This document shows, in pieces, positions 62,388 through 64,000 of a DNA stretch of 64,000 bases. The notes under the pieces are model-generated. The model was given only the letters and a program-made list of their open reading frames with translations, was not told where the DNA came from and ran no database searches. The DNA is from Eledone cirrhosa. Lineage: Eukaryota. The stretch covers positions 6,758,001-6,822,000 of the forward strand of contig OZ024761.1 in NCBI GenBank assembly GCA_964016885.1. Reading direction: 5' to 3'. The translations under genes were made by a program, and so were the position numbers. How positions within the stretch are numbered: the stretch's first letter is position 1; each line of letters opens with the position of its first letter.

Positions 62388-62733
62388 CTGTTGTTGTTAC
62401 TGTTGTTGTTGTTGTTACTGCTGTTGTTGTTGTTGTTACTGTTGTTGTTGTTGTTGTTACTGTTGTTGTTACTGTTGTTGTTGTTACTGTTGTTGTTGTT
62501 GTTACTGTTGTTGTTGTTGTTGTTACTGTTGTTGTTGTTGTTGTTACTGTTGTTGTTGTTACTGTTGTTGTTGTTACTGTTGTTGTTGTTGTTGTTACTG
62601 TTGTTGTTGTTACTGTTGTTGTTGTTGTTACTGTTGTTGTTGTTACTGTTGTTGTTGTTGTTGTTACTGTTGTTGTTGATGTTAATGTTGTTGTTGTTGT
62701 TACTGTTGTTGTTACTGTTGTTGTTACTGTTGT
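62388..62733. repeat. (GTT)n ACT repeat
   Basis: Direct inspection. Confidence 0.95.
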
Positions 62734-64000
62734 CGCGGTGTGTGTTTGATAAACACACACACCCGGATGTAACTCATGCGCAAACTAAGCACACTACACA
62801 CAAAAACACGATGGTGTAGGACAGAACAAAGGAGAGACACAAAATAAAAACCTAGTCACTAAGGAGGTCACAGAATGTGTGATGAAAGAGCTGTGACAAT
62901 ATATTAAAAAAACATCCGGTTCTCGAACCAACCAACCGGAAATTTATAATAAATTGAAGTGAAAACCAACAGGTGTGTGTTTTTATTGGCAGCATGACCC
63001 TACCAAAGTTTAACAATATCTGTTTCCAGACAAGAAATCTCGCAAAACAAATTAAAAAACGAATTATATATATATACTAGCAGTGGTACCCGGCGTTGCA
63101 CGGGATAAGGTATTTTGGAACGCGGGCCACCAACAGACCTAATCGTGGAAAAACTGCATGCCTGGACAATATGTAAAGGAAACAAACCAAATACTCTGAT
63201 GGTTGGATAATCTTTAAGATTTTCCTCGGTGAAGCAGGAAAAATGCAGGTTTTCACCTAATGCGGACCCTAGGGGATCAAGAAAATGAATTTTTTTTATG
63301 TGCATAATATACCTTGAAATTTCGGGAAAATCGGCTGGACGTAACGCCTCAAAATAGCCCTAAAAAGCTGAAAAAATGAAGTTTTTCACCTAATGCGGGC
63401 CGTAGGCCATAAAGAAGTTGGATTTTCTTTGCTCACGGTATGAAGAAGAGACTGACTAATACATAGTTACAATTTCAAGGAAATCGGTCTGACGTAACGC
63501 CTAAAAATAAAATTAAAAAGCTGAAAAAACGCAGTTTTTCACCTATTGGATCATCTAGGGCAGTGATTCCCAAACTTTTTTTTATCGCGGAACCCCTTGA
63601 CACTATCGCGGAACCCCTTGCACATGAATTAAACTAGTATTTGCAGAAGGTTGTGCTGCATGTTCAGCAATTTCTGTATCTTCTATAGAAGATTTTGTTT
63701 CTGTATTTCTTGTAATTTCAGTTCCTTTACGAATTTCTTGTTTTTTTAACCATCGATCCATTGAAGGGCTTTGAAAATAAAAAATGTTAATAAAACTCGA
63801 AAATAAACTCGTTTACAAGGAGCAAACATTTATTGATACAGGATACAGCACGTGCTTACCGTGTGAGACTTGGTACCTATGTTACGTTTAAGAGAGAACT
63901 TAAATATTCAAATGAGAGATTCAAATACGTAAGTTTATTGTAAAAAGTTATAAATCTGATTATAATTCTGAGTATTACACGGTGCTCACAGTACACCCTT

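Overview
Repeat-rich animal genomic DNA, most likely an octopus or other coleoid cephalopod (inferred from the SINE families, extreme microsatellite load and mollusc-like SERCA sequence). The only host gene I can support is a minus-strand SERCA (ATP2A-type sarco/endoplasmic reticulum Ca2+-ATPase), with 18 exons traced by hand from 40838 down to 15837, covering roughly A-domain VGD..TGES to the end of helix M8. I found neither the first exons nor the last exons in the window, and a 200-N scaffold gap lies at 41117-41316. Most notable: (1) two paralogous 134-nt exons (18510-18643 and 15837-15970) encoding alternative luminal L7-8 loops plus identical M8, a likely mutually exclusive exon pair; (2) a U12-type AT-AC minor-spliceosome intron (24000-25421); (3) a complete type I hammerhead ribozyme with a compensatory U3-A8 core pair (about 47907-47961, + strand); (4) several long palindromic insertions at (TA)n tracts, some Penelope-like. 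The rest is SINEs, RTE/CR1/Penelope retroelement fragments, MITEs, minisatellites and microsatellites. Almost all long ORFs in the supplied track are repeat artefacts. Repeat boundaries are approximate; exon boundaries were read base by base.
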